From a virus: DNA of 64,000 nucleotides. The DNA is taken from the IMG/VR virus record IMGVR_UViG_3300025889_000002, positions 1 through 64,000 of that record; one strand, 5' to 3'. How positions within the stretch are numbered: the first letter of the stretch is position 1; every line of letters starts with the position of its first letter. A program made the position numbers and the translations under genes. This document shows, one piece after another, positions 1-8,932 of this stretch. The notes under the pieces were generated by a model. The model searched no databases, was not told the origin of the DNA, and was given only the letters and a program-made list of their open reading frames with translations.

Positions 1-116
1 GAAACTCTCAGTATTGGGTCAAATATTGATCTTGAGTGGGATATCCTACACGAGTTCTTCGAAGCACTCCCCACGCAAGGGCTTAACCGCTTCATCGGCC
101 ACTATATCAGCGGCTT
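1..116 (+). repeat. 116-bp exact repeat of 40350-40465
   Basis: gaaactctcagtattggg...cagcggctt is identical in both; first mismatch at 117 (c) versus 40466 (t). Confidence 0.95.
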
Positions 117-432
117 CGATCTTCGCTTTATCCTGAACCGCGCTATCGTCCTTGGCGTCCAGTTGCCGCCTAGCGTCATGTTCCCTCGCGAAATTAAGCC
201 GTGGTCGGATAACGTGTTCGACACCATGGTCGCATGGGCAGGACCGAAAGACCGGATCAGCCTCGACAATCTTTGCAAGGCCCTCGGCATTCCCGGCAAG
301 GATGGCTTCGACGGCTCGATGGTGGCTGAAGCATGGGCGAACGGTGAGCATGAACGTATAGCCGCTTATTGCAAAAGCGACATAGAGAGGGTAAGGGCTG
401 TTTACAGAAAATTTCAAGCGGTTGGCTACTAA
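1..432 (+). CDS. 3'-5' exonuclease (DnaQ/PolB-exo-like), 3' part, truncated by window start
   Basis: Homologous to the complete copy at 40110-40781 (GHYISGFDLRF, DTM, YCKSD). Confidence 0.8.
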   Translation, partial: ETLSIGSNIDLEWDILHEFFEALPTQGLNRFIGHYISGFDLRFILNRAIVLGVQLPPSVMFPREIKPWSDNVFDTMVAWAGPKDRISLDNLCKALGIPGKDGFDGSMVAEAWANGEHERIAAYCKSDIERVRAVYRKFQAVGY

Positions 433-977
433 TGGAAATCTGGAAAACAATTCCTGAATTTGAGGGCCTTTATGAGGCAAGTAATTTTGGCAACATCCGC
501 AGCCTAGACCGCTGGCATGAGGGAGTTTTTGGAAGATCTAAAAAGGTTATGCGAAAGCGTTGGCCGGGAAGGCCGATCCAGCCCTATGTCAACAAGGAGC
601 GTGGTGGTTATCGTTACGTAAACCTGCACAAAGAGAAGTCGCAGCATATGAGGCGAGTTGCCCGAATGGTGGCTTCGGCTTTTTTGGGGCCGTGTCCAGA
701 AGGGAAAGTGGTTTGCCACAACAATGGCATTCCCCACGATGATCGCCTTGAGAACTTGAGATACGATACCCCTAAGGCCAATAACGCGGACCAGATAAAG
801 CACGGGACTGCCATTTTGGGCGAGCGCAGTCCTAATTGCAAAATTAGCGACAATGACGTTCGCTTTATCCGTCGCAGCAAGCTTTCCCCTAGGATTTTGG
901 CAGAGCGTTTTGGCGTTCATCCCAACCACATAACCAACATCCGGTGTCGCCTTAAGCGCGCCAGAGTGGAGGATTAA
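432..977 (+). CDS. NUMOD4-HNH homing endonuclease, absent from unit B
   Basis: MEIWKTIPEFEGLYEASNFGNIRS (NUMOD4) and CHNNGIPHDDRLENL (HNH); start overlaps the exo stop (TAATG). Confidence 0.85.
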   Translation: MEIWKTIPEFEGLYEASNFGNIRSLDRWHEGVFGRSKKVMRKRWPGRPIQPYVNKERGGYRYVNLHKEKSQHMRRVARMVASAFLGPCPEGKVVCHNNGIPHDDRLENLRYDTPKANNADQIKHGTAILGERSPNCKISDNDVRFIRRSKLSPRILAERFGVHPNHITNIRCRLKRARVED

Positions 978-979
978 TC

Positions 980-1564
980 ATGAGCAAAGCAATCATCACC
1001 GCGCTGGCGAAGGTTCTGCCTACGCTTGAGAATGCCAAGAAGAACGCGGCCAACCCGCACTTCAAAAGCAAGTATGCCAACCTATCGGCAGTCATGGAGG
1101 CTGTCGAGCCGATCAAGGCGCACGGTCTCTGGTATCGCCAGCAATCCCACGACAAGCCCGATGGAGCATGTATCGAAACCATCTACATGCACGAAAGCGG
1201 CGAGGAAATGAGCGCGGGCCTGACGTTCGTGAAGGCGGACAAGCAAAACGCGCAGGGCTTTGGATCCGCAATGACCTATGCGCGGCGCTATAGCCTGCAA
1301 ACGGCGTTCGGTCTGGATGCCGAGGATGATGATGGAAACGCTGCTAGCGCACCGAAGCAACATCCTGCACCCAAGGTCGAAACAATCACCGACGCCCAGC
1401 GCGAAGAACTCATGCTGCTGTGTGAGAGCCTCAATTTCCCAGTTGACCGGGTTCTTACAGCGAAAAAGATAGCAGACCTTAGCGATTTGCCCGCGACAAG
1501 TTTTAAAGGGGCAATGAAATGGATTGGCGACGAGGCCAAGAAGATGGAGAATAATAATGCTTAG
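980..1564 (+). CDS. erf: ERF-family ssDNA annealing protein
   Basis: [34 protein letters not shown] motifs. Confidence 0.9.
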   Translation: MSKAIITALAKVLPTLENAKKNAANPHFKSKYANLSAVMEAVEPIKAHGLWYRQQSHDKPDGACIETIYMHESGEEMSAGLTFVKADKQNAQGFGSAMTYARRYSLQTAFGLDAEDDDGNAASAPKQHPAPKVETITDAQREELMLLCESLNFPVDRVLTAKKIADLSDLPATSFKGAMKWIGDEAKKMENNNA

Positions 1565-1946
1565 AACATTCGCAGCGGGCCGACTTGGCCAAGACGCAAA
1601 GCACACCACAACGCAAAGCGGCACGGATATTTGCCGTTTCTCGCTCGCCACCGATGTAGGGTATGGTGAAAACAAGCAAACCATCTGGTTGGACGTTTCC
1701 AAGTTCGGCAAGGGCGCTGAAGGTCTGGCGCGCATCCTGCGCAAAGGTTCGGCTGTTGCCGTCACTGGCGAACTCTCAACGCGGGAATACGAAGGCAAGA
1801 CGTATCTACAATGCAAAGCTGACGACGTTACGATCCTGAACACTCCCGGCGATGGACGCGGTGAGCGCAAGCAATCGTATGACAGCGGCAATCAAGGTGG
1901 TGGCTGGGGCAATGACGGCCAGGACGACGGATACGCACCTTTCTAG
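1557..1946 (+). CDS. ssb: Single-stranded DNA-binding protein
   Basis: GRLGQDA, FSLAT, LRKGSAVAVTGEL; Gly-rich tail ending DDGYAPF. Confidence 0.9.
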   Translation: MLRTFAAGRLGQDAKHTTTQSGTDICRFSLATDVGYGENKQTIWLDVSKFGKGAEGLARILRKGSAVAVTGELSTREYEGKTYLQCKADDVTILNTPGDGRGERKQSYDSGNQGGGWGNDGQDDGYAPF

Positions 1947-2020
1947 TTACGGTCAGGCAATATCGAATACGGTTGCCTAGTGGAAGCTACGCGTCGGGCC
2001 GTAGCCGTGAAAAGCCCGAC
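1947..2020 (+). ncRNA. Conserved hairpin plus H-type pseudoknot downstream of ssb
   Basis: S1 gctacg/cgtagc and S2 gtcgggc/gcccgac; each stem shows a compensatory change versus the copy at 41762-41834. Confidence 0.75.
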
Positions 2021-2037
2021 AATTTCAACCAAGGAGA

Positions 2038-2334
2038 ATGACGATGTTTATACCCGATAAAGCTAATGATGTTGAACTTGCTGACGGCAGCTGGCTGGCT
2101 GCAACTCAGATATTCGAGATGCAAAACGACACTGGGCCTGAATGTTGCGGCACACTAGGCTTTGCAATGGGGACTGCCATGGCCTTGGGAAATATCGCCG
2201 CAGCCTATGTGACGGGTGCCACCCCTAAACAGAAGAAAGACTTTCTGAAAATAATCCAGCGCACGGTTAAAGACTCATTCGACGAACCCATTACCACGGC
2301 GACCATCCGTGGTGTGGATGGTGTAACTCACTAA
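2038..2334 (+). CDS. Hypothetical protein
   Basis: AAGGAG RBS; coupled to the next gene. Confidence 0.65.
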   Translation: MTMFIPDKANDVELADGSWLAATQIFEMQNDTGPECCGTLGFAMGTAMALGNIAAAYVTGATPKQKKDFLKIIQRTVKDSFDEPITTATIRGVDGVTH

Positions 2335-2654
2335 TGCCCAAGGTCAATCACAACCGCATACGCCAGAAGTACAGCGCCAAGCCTACGGAGCGTGAACGTC
2401 AGTATCACCGCTGGTGCATCGATAACTTCCCATGCGCGTGCGGTTGTGGCTGTCCTTCAGAGATTGCGCACCACGTTCTCTCATCCATGCCGGAAAAGCG
2501 GTGGCGGCGCGATCATGAAGTGGTTGTTCCGCTCACTGCCGCCCACCATTTTGACCTGCACCTTGGCAATGCCCGCAAGATCGAGGCGGAATGGGGTGTG
2601 CCAGAGCGCGCGGTGGAACTGCGCAAGCGAGCTTACGAGTGCTATGTGTTATGA
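2334..2654 (+). CDS. DUF968-like Cys/His (HNHc-like) protein
   Basis: PCACGC, AHH, VVPLTAAHH; same position as 41855-42196. Confidence 0.55.
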   Translation: MPKVNHNRIRQKYSAKPTERERQYHRWCIDNFPCACGCGCPSEIAHHVLSSMPEKRWRRDHEVVVPLTAAHHFDLHLGNARKIEAEWGVPERAVELRKRAYECYVL

Positions 2655-3040
2655 GCCGCACGATATTCCTGATCGGAGAAAGTCAGCGCGACTATGCCAA
2701 GCGGTCAATTGATGAAGCCCCTGCGGACTATGTGTGCAAGATTGCCAAGGCTACCAGGAGCGACCGTCAGAACCGGAAAATGTGGGCGATGATTAAGGAC
2801 ATGTGCCAGCAGATCGAGGGCATGAACCGTTTTACCGCCGATCAAGTCAAGCTGCAATTCCTGAACGCTTTAGGCGTGGAAATGACTTTCCTGCCAGAGC
2901 TGGATGGGCAAGGTATGTTCCCGGTCGGGATGCGCAGTTCCACACTAACCAAAGAGCAATTTGCCGGACTGATAACGCTTATGCTCGCATACGGCGACAA
3001 GCATGAGGTTCGGTGGAGTAAAGAAAGTTTAGAGCCATGA
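2651..3040 (+). CDS. ninB: NinB-family recombination protein
   Basis: RSDRQNRKMWAMI and GMRSSTLTKEQFAGLI...AYG motifs. Confidence 0.8.
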   Translation: MSRTIFLIGESQRDYAKRSIDEAPADYVCKIAKATRSDRQNRKMWAMIKDMCQQIEGMNRFTADQVKLQFLNALGVEMTFLPELDGQGMFPVGMRSSTLTKEQFAGLITLMLAYGDKHEVRWSKESLEP

Positions 3041-3630
3041 AAGTTCTCATAGCCTGCGAATATAGCGCCGTTGTGCGCGATGCCTTCCGCGCCCGCGGCT
3101 TCGACGCTTGGAGTTGCGACCTGTTGCCGTGTGAGCGCGATCCGCAATGGCATATCCAAGGCGATGCACTTTCGATCCTTGGCGATGGATGGGATATGAT
3201 GATCGCTCACCCCCCCTGCACGCATTTGGCAGTCAGCGGAGCGCGCTGGTTCAAGGACAAGCAGGAAGAACAGGCTGAAGCGCTTGAGTTCGTCCGTCTC
3301 CTGCTAAACGCACCGATCCGGCATATCGCTCTGGAAAATCCGGTCAGCATCATTTCAAGCCATATCCGCAAGCCTGACTGTACCTATCAGCCATGGGAGC
3401 ATGGCCACGGCGAGGTGAAGCGCACCTGTCTGTGGCTTAAGAACCTGCCCACCCTGAAGCCCTCTAATATTGTCGAGGGCCGGGAGGCTAAGGTGCACAA
3501 GATGCCGCCTGGACCTGATCGCTGGAAAGAGCGGTCCCGCACTCCTGTTGGCGTTGCTAAAGCCATGGCTGAGCAATGGGGCGACTACCTTCTATCACTT
3601 CCGAAACACAAGGAGGCAATCAATGCTTGA
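3037..3630 (+). CDS. Phage DNA cytosine-methyltransferase-like protein
   Basis: VLIACEYS, AHPPC, LENPV, RWKERSRT motifs. Confidence 0.75.
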   Translation: MKVLIACEYSAVVRDAFRARGFDAWSCDLLPCERDPQWHIQGDALSILGDGWDMMIAHPPCTHLAVSGARWFKDKQEEQAEALEFVRLLLNAPIRHIALENPVSIISSHIRKPDCTYQPWEHGHGEVKRTCLWLKNLPTLKPSNIVEGREAKVHKMPPGPDRWKERSRTPVGVAKAMAEQWGDYLLSLPKHKEAINA

Positions 3631-3944
3631 AGACCCATCTGTAACATACGCCCGCGCCTGCAATGACGCTCAATGGGCGGCCAAACTCGAATCCCGTCTG
3701 GCAGCACGCAAGCAAGCCCGACTTAACGGCGAAACACAGGTATCAGCGCATCGCCGCACTCTTTCAGTAAAGTTCTCGAAATGACCCCTTCCGAATATCT
3801 CCACCTAAAAGCCACGACATTGCGCAAGGCAGCTAACAATCCCCGCAAGGGATATGGCGAGGAAACGCGCGATTGCATGATCTACGCAGCCACACAGCTT
3901 GAAGTGACGGCAGACGAGATCCACGCCAAGTTTAACGAGGAAGA

Positions 3945-4667
3945 ATGATGCTTGCCATCGATTTTGCAGAGCCAGAGCCATCGGAAGACTTTGCCGAATA
4001 TCGCGACACCATGCGCCGCAGTAGCCAAATGTATCTAACCGCGATCCAGACCGCCAAGGGGACACATTGGCTTTGCGGCCATCATCGCGGGCCGGATAAC
4101 ACGCACACCATTGCCGGAAAGACACAATGCAAAAAGTGCCGACGCGATAAAATCAACAGTGCGCTGAAGGTGATTGCGCAGCGTCAAGCTGTAGAGCGCG
4201 CCCTTGCTGTTCATGCTGCCGAGATGGAAGATCGGCGCATTGAGAGGCGTAAAGGCGAAAAGCAGCGCGAGGCCGAACGCTACAGGCGCGAGCGAGAGGA
4301 GAAGCGCCGGTTGCGCGATCAGGCCAACCGTAGAGCCAATGAAATACGTGCTTCTATTGTAGAGCGCACGATCATACACCCTGCGAATGGCCGCATTCCT
4401 TTGCATGATTTAATCCAGGCTGTTGCTACTGCGTTCGGCATTGACCCTGAGGGTGTGCGCAGCAAGGCGAGGGGGAAGAATTTCCTATATGCCCGATGCG
4501 TGCTTGTTAAAATCCTGCAAGAGCGGGGCGCGTCATATCCCGTCATTGGAAGGCTGCTAGGTGGCCGCGATCATAGCACCACGATCAACGCCTATCACAT
4601 GTTCCCGACATATTGCCGGAAAGACCCGCGTGTCGCCAGCACATACGAAAAGTATAAGGACCGCTAA
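3945..4667 (+). CDS. Protein with Cys/His knuckle, coiled coil and C-terminal DnaA domain IV-like HTH
   Basis: SYPVIGRLLGGRDHSTTINA resembles the DnaA C-terminal signature. Confidence 0.75.
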   Translation: MMLAIDFAEPEPSEDFAEYRDTMRRSSQMYLTAIQTAKGTHWLCGHHRGPDNTHTIAGKTQCKKCRRDKINSALKVIAQRQAVERALAVHAAEMEDRRIERRKGEKQREAERYRREREEKRRLRDQANRRANEIRASIVERTIIHPANGRIPLHDLIQAVATAFGIDPEGVRSKARGKNFLYARCVLVKILQERGASYPVIGRLLGGRDHSTTINAYHMFPTYCRKDPRVASTYEKYKDR

Positions 4668-5008
4668 TGATCCTGCTACCTTACCCTGCGCCGCCCCTGT
4701 GGCCGAACAAGCGCGCCCATTGGGCCAAGAAAGCCCGCGAGACAAAGAAGCATCGTGCATGGGCGCATGGGGCCGCACTGGCGGCAAAGCCCTCTGCTGA
4801 CGGGGAGCCTATTCCGGTGCGAATCACGCTTTACCCAAAACCCAAAGGGCCAGCCCCGGACAAAGACAACGTTGTTGCCAGCGCAAAGGCGTATCTCGAT
4901 GGAATAGCTGAAGCGATGGGAATCAATGATCGTGCGTTCGCCTCGCCAATTGTTCGCATATCGGGAGAGCGACTTAGCCAGATGGGGATTGAAATTGGAA
5001 AAGCCTAA
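4667..5008 (+). CDS. RusA-like Holliday junction resolvase
   Basis: LPYPAPPLWPN, PDKDN, KAYLDGIA, GIND. Confidence 0.75.
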   Translation: MILLPYPAPPLWPNKRAHWAKKARETKKHRAWAHGAALAAKPSADGEPIPVRITLYPKPKGPAPDKDNVVASAKAYLDGIAEAMGINDRAFASPIVRISGERLSQMGIEIGKA

Positions 5009-5226
5009 AGCAGCACCGCCGTACTTTCCCTATCGCGACCACAGAACGATTGAGCAAATCGCGCGCGGTGAGCCACGGCCAGAGTTTATGCGCTCGGTTG
5101 TGGTGCATCCACTAGGACGTACACTAGCTGACTTGCTATAGATATGAGCTTGTGGCAATAAGGCGGCGGGGAGCGTTAGCGCGCTCGACCCGCCTATTTT
5201 CTAAACGCCTGAAACGGAGGCGATGA

Positions 5227-5514
5227 ATGACAGAGTATCTAGACAAGCCAGTTCGTAAGCGCAAGGTTCTTACTCTAAAACTGGAAACCCCCAAAGAAGC
5301 GCTTGAACAAGTCTCCGCTGATCCTACCAGGTTCACGCGGCGCGAAGACTGTTTCTTCATGGTGTTCAATGAACAAGGCCATATGCCTAAGAGGGTATAC
5401 GGTCCGGACGAGATACACACGGCATATAAGCATGCTAGCCAATTGGCGCGCGAGACAGGCTATACTTTCCATGTCATGCGTAGCTGGCGGGTAGTGAAGC
5501 CGAGGGATGAATAA
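5227..5514 (+). CDS. Hypothetical protein
   Basis: GGAGG RBS; preceded by GC-rich hairpin 5161-5195 and a TTGCTA-N17-CAATAA promoter-like sequence. Confidence 0.65.
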   Translation: MTEYLDKPVRKRKVLTLKLETPKEALEQVSADPTRFTRREDCFFMVFNEQGHMPKRVYGPDEIHTAYKHASQLARETGYTFHVMRSWRVVKPRDE

Positions 5515-6251
5515 TGGCCGTTCCATTCATGCCCCTCTATGTTGCCGATTATATGGCCGATACGGCTCACCTGACCACAGTCGAACACGGTGCCTACCTT
5601 CTGCTGATAATGACCTATTGGCAGAGGGGGGAAGCGTTGCCAGACGATGATAAAAAGTTGGCCAGAATTGTTGGCTTACAGGGCCGAAACTGGAAGCGCG
5701 TCAGGCAGGAAATTGAGCCCTTTTTTGAGTTCCGAGACAACAAATGGGTGCATCAGAGGATCGAGCATCAATTGACTGTGATGAGGTCTCAGAGCCGCGC
5801 TAACTCATTGAATGGAAAGAAAGGAGGTTTAGCGAAGGCTAAAGGTTCGCCTAGCGAAAATCTAGCGAAACATAAGCGAACGCTAAGCCATACAGATATA
5901 GATATAGATACAGTAGAACCTAAAGGTTCTATTTCCGCTAGCGCGAAAAAGCCGAGCAAGAAGACCCTGCCTAAAGACTGGTTTCCAGAGGCTTTTAGCC
6001 CGTCCAGCAAATGCGCCAAGATAATCGGAACGTGGTCGCCTAGCGATATGTCGGATCACCTTGAACACTTCAGGGCGCATCATGAAGCGAGGGGCACGAA
6101 ATTTGAGAACTGGCAATCTGCTTGGCAGACTTGGGTGATAAACAGCGACAAGTTCAAGCCCCGCCAGCAAGTAGATAGCGCACGTGGTGGGTCGCTTGCA
6201 GATATTGGTGATGAAGTAAGAGGATTGCTGAATTATGGACAAGGTAACTGA
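5514..6251 (+). CDS. Replication initiator, YdaU/DUF1376 family
   Basis: PFMPLYVADYMADTAHLTTVEHGAYLLLIMTYW; C-terminal NWQSAWQTWV domain. Confidence 0.85.
   Translation: MAVPFMPLYVADYMADTAHLTTVEHGAYLLLIMTYWQRGEALPDDDKKLARIVGLQGRNWKRVRQEIEPFFEFRDNKWVHQRIEHQLTVMRSQSRANSLNGKKGGLAKAKGSPSENLAKHKRTLSHTDIDIDTVEPKGSISASAKKPSKKTLPKDWFPEAFSPSSKCAKIIGTWSPSDMSDHLEHFRAHHEARGTKFENWQSAWQTWVINSDKFKPRQQVDSARGGSLADIGDEVRGLLNYGQGN
5830..5930 (+). promoter_or_regulatory. Putative replication origin (iterons) inside the initiator gene
   Basis: TAGCGAA at 5830, 5852 and 5863, AAGCGAA at 5874 (11-bp phasing), then GATATA repeats and palindrome AGAACCTAAAGGTTCT at 5915-5930. Confidence 0.7.
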
Positions 6252-6594
6252 ATTACAGCGCTGTTTTGCGCTGGTGAGGCCTGTTGGAATGTCTGACTCG
6301 GCTGCCAGGGATTGGCTTTTGGCAGCCGCTGCGGAGGTCGATGAGTTTGCTACATATCGGCCTGACCAGTTTCGTTTTGCCTGTGCGGCCATCAGGAAGA
6401 CGGCCACGCATCACGGCCAGATAGTTCCTGGCATTTTGGCAAAGCAATTCTACGAGTGGGAAACCGTTTCAGGACACCATCGGAAAGGACTGGCTGCGCT
6501 ATGTGGGGGCAAGAAGCCTGACACTGCGCAGATTGAAAATCGCGGAGGCGTAAAGCGCATAGGCGATCTCACTAAGGATTTTGGCAATGAATGA
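6235..6594 (+). CDS. Hypothetical protein in the helicase-loader position
   Basis: Overlaps the initiator 3' end; function inferred from position only. Confidence 0.6.
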   Translation: MDKVTELQRCFALVRPVGMSDSAARDWLLAAAAEVDEFATYRPDQFRFACAAIRKTATHHGQIVPGILAKQFYEWETVSGHHRKGLAALCGGKKPDTAQIENRGGVKRIGDLTKDFGNE

Positions 6595-6763
6595 GCGCGA
6601 GCACCGCCAAGCCGATTTCAGGGCATGGGTGGCGAGCCTGAATGCGCAGCGCGACAGGGCCAACGTCACCCGCAGACGGTATCGTATCATTGAGAAAGAC
6701 GGGCTTATGTCGATGGAAGACTGCTGGCCTGCCCGCTAACACACATTACCCAAGGAGATAGGA

Positions 6764-7363
6764 ATGGAAGCTGTAACGATAGGGCGGGCCACGCTGTATT
6801 GTGGGGACTGCCTCGACATTATCCCGGCGCTTGGAAAGGTGGACGCGGTGGTGACCGATCCGCCGTATCCAAACAACGCTGGCCATTTTGTCGAGGACAT
6901 TCCCGCAGCCGTTCAAATGATGGCACAGGTTGAAGCGCCCCATTGGCTGGTCTTCTGGACGGAAATGGAGTTCCCGCCAGTTGTTCAGCCGATGGTTGCC
7001 GCTCACATTTGGCACCGGACCAACACGAACCGGCCCGACAATTACGAACCTATTTTTGAGTTCCACGAAGACGGCAAGAAACGCGCAAGCCGCGTCTTTC
7101 CTTATTGCGTCATCTTCCCCGGCCTGACCGGAATAGAGGCTACCGGGCACCCGACCGAAAAGAACGTTGATCTGATGGCCGCGCTAATCAAGCGCACCAC
7201 GGGCACCATTCTTGATCCGTTCCTTGGCAGTGGTGCGACGGGCGTGGCCGCAATGAAGCAGGGCCGCGACTTCATCGGGATTGAAAGGGAAGAGCGTTAC
7301 TTCGACATCGCCTGCAAGCGTATTGAAGACGCCCAGAGGCAAGGAGATATGTTCATTGCCTAA
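6764..7363 (+). CDS. DNA amino-methyltransferase (N6A/N4C, beta class)
   Basis: TDPPY, HPTEK, ILDPFLGSGATG, FIGIE. Confidence 0.9.
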   Translation: MEAVTIGRATLYCGDCLDIIPALGKVDAVVTDPPYPNNAGHFVEDIPAAVQMMAQVEAPHWLVFWTEMEFPPVVQPMVAAHIWHRTNTNRPDNYEPIFEFHEDGKKRASRVFPYCVIFPGLTGIEATGHPTEKNVDLMAALIKRTTGTILDPFLGSGATGVAAMKQGRDFIGIEREERYFDIACKRIEDAQRQGDMFIA

Positions 7364-7618
7364 AGCCCAAATCCCCGCGCCTGGATTTACAGAATGTCAT
7401 GGCAGACGGCCACCCGGCTGGGCATCACTTCCGCAATCGACAAAGTTCTACGCACAGATACGCGGGGGAAGCCCTGAGACTGCGGGATTCGTCGATTCGG
7501 TTCCGTGGGTTTTGGAAAGAGCGAATTTCCGCCACGGCGACCACGCAGGCGACATTGTGGCTGCTAGATTGGTTGAGCAGATAAAAACTGAAGGCAGACA
7601 GGATAACGGGAGTTACGA

Positions 7619-8389
7619 ATGAGAGTTGAGCGAATAGGATTGGCCACGATGTATCTCGGAGACTGCCGGGAAGTGGTTAGCGTTCTTTCGGGTGTGTCAT
7701 GTGTGGTTACTAGTCCGCCATATAATCAGATGGAGGGAATCAAAGATCGTAAGCCTAGCGGGATTTGGGCGCAAAAAGGTGGTGGTGCTGGGTTTGTAGA
7801 TGCATGGAAAACGAGCGGTTATTCCGATGACACCCCAGAATCAGAGTATCAGACAGAACAATCCGATTTATTCTCAGCAATCGCTAACGCGTGCACTGCT
7901 GATGCATCGCTTTTCTACAATCACCAGTTGAGATGGCGGGATGGAGAATGTTTACACCCTGTCCAATGGTTCACGCCGGATGGCTGGGCGCTACGTTCAG
8001 AAATAATCTGGGATCGGGCGGGAGGCATGATGTTTAACGCCCGAATGTTTTGCCGTTTTGATGAGCGAGTGCTTTGGTTTGTGCGTGGAAAAAAATGGAA
8101 GTGGAACCAAGATCAAGTAGGTATGGGGACCGTCTGGCGGATTCCAAGAGCGCAAAACAAAGACCACCCTGTTGCCTACCCCGTTGAACTTCCAAAGCGA
8201 TGCATTCTAGCCACGACCGACCCTGATGATATTGTTTTGGACCCCTATTCAGGTTCAGCTTCGACCGGCGTGGCAGCTGTTCAAAACGGGCGGCGCTATA
8301 TCGGGATAGAGCGCGAAGAAAAGTATTTCGATGCAGCTTGCAAACGCATTGAAGATGCACAGCGACAGGCTGACCTGTTCATTCCATGA
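7619..8389 (+). CDS. DNA amino-methyltransferase (probably N4C, beta class)
   Basis: TSPPY, HPVAYP, VLDPYSGSASTG. Confidence 0.9.
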   Translation: MRVERIGLATMYLGDCREVVSVLSGVSCVVTSPPYNQMEGIKDRKPSGIWAQKGGGAGFVDAWKTSGYSDDTPESEYQTEQSDLFSAIANACTADASLFYNHQLRWRDGECLHPVQWFTPDGWALRSEIIWDRAGGMMFNARMFCRFDERVLWFVRGKKWKWNQDQVGMGTVWRIPRAQNKDHPVAYPVELPKRCILATTDPDDIVLDPYSGSASTGVAAVQNGRRYIGIEREEKYFDAACKRIEDAQRQADLFIP

Positions 8390-8468
8390 CAAGCAACACC
8401 GGCCACCCCGGCGACATCGTAGGGGCAAGGTTGGTGGAATAAATGCGACGAGTTGAGTGTGATTGTGG

Positions 8469-8544
8469 TTGACCGATGGTCACAGGCGGGCTAGAAGGTT
8501 TTCATCGAAAGGGGCAATGCTCCACCAACGAAAGGGAAAATGAA
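8469..8544 (+). promoter_or_regulatory. Cassette promoter with operator-like palindrome and conserved leader
   Basis: TTGACC-N17-TAGAAG; TGACC-GAT-GGTCA overlaps the -35; leader matches 48595-48628. Confidence 0.65.
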
Positions 8545-8748
8545 ATGGCTACTTTTCAGAAAAACGGTCGGACCTACACCATTACCGGAACGCAGGATAA
8601 TTCGGCAACTGCCGCACACCTGCGCGGGCGCGGATTTGATGGGGTGGTTTATTTTGCTGAATCGCAGCCGGTAGGTCGCCAGCGTAAACCTTTCGTTGGT
8701 ATGTTTTACCGCTCGGTTAAGACCGGCCAGTTCCACAGCGCAATCTAA
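8545..8748 (+). CDS. Small hypothetical cargo protein
   Basis: AAGGGA RBS directly after the promoter. Confidence 0.65.
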   Translation: MATFQKNGRTYTITGTQDNSATAAHLRGRGFDGVVYFAESQPVGRQRKPFVGMFYRSVKTGQFHSAI

Positions 8749-8758
8749 GGATCAGGCA

Positions 8759-8932
8759 ATGAATAAACTCGACTTTCTTACATCCCTCCGCGGCAAAGCC
8801 CTCAGCGAGGGAAATGCTGACGCATGGCGCGATTACGACATGCAAATCCGCGCCGAACTGGCTTATCTTCGTGCAGAGGTTAAGCTTGGCCGTCGCGATG
8901 CAGAAACATTCCGAATGGTCGCTCGCGCATGA
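8759..8932 (+). CDS. Small hypothetical cargo protein
   Basis: AAGGA RBS; ATGA overlap with the HTH gene. Confidence 0.6.
   Translation: MNKLDFLTSLRGKALSEGNADAWRDYDMQIRAELAYLRAEVKLGRRDAETFRMVARA

Noticed and set aside
1947-2020. Pseudoknot as a hammerhead, HDV-like or pistol ribozyme
   Set aside because: No CUGANGA/GAAA core, no P3/L3 between the stems, and no pistol consensus on either strand by eye
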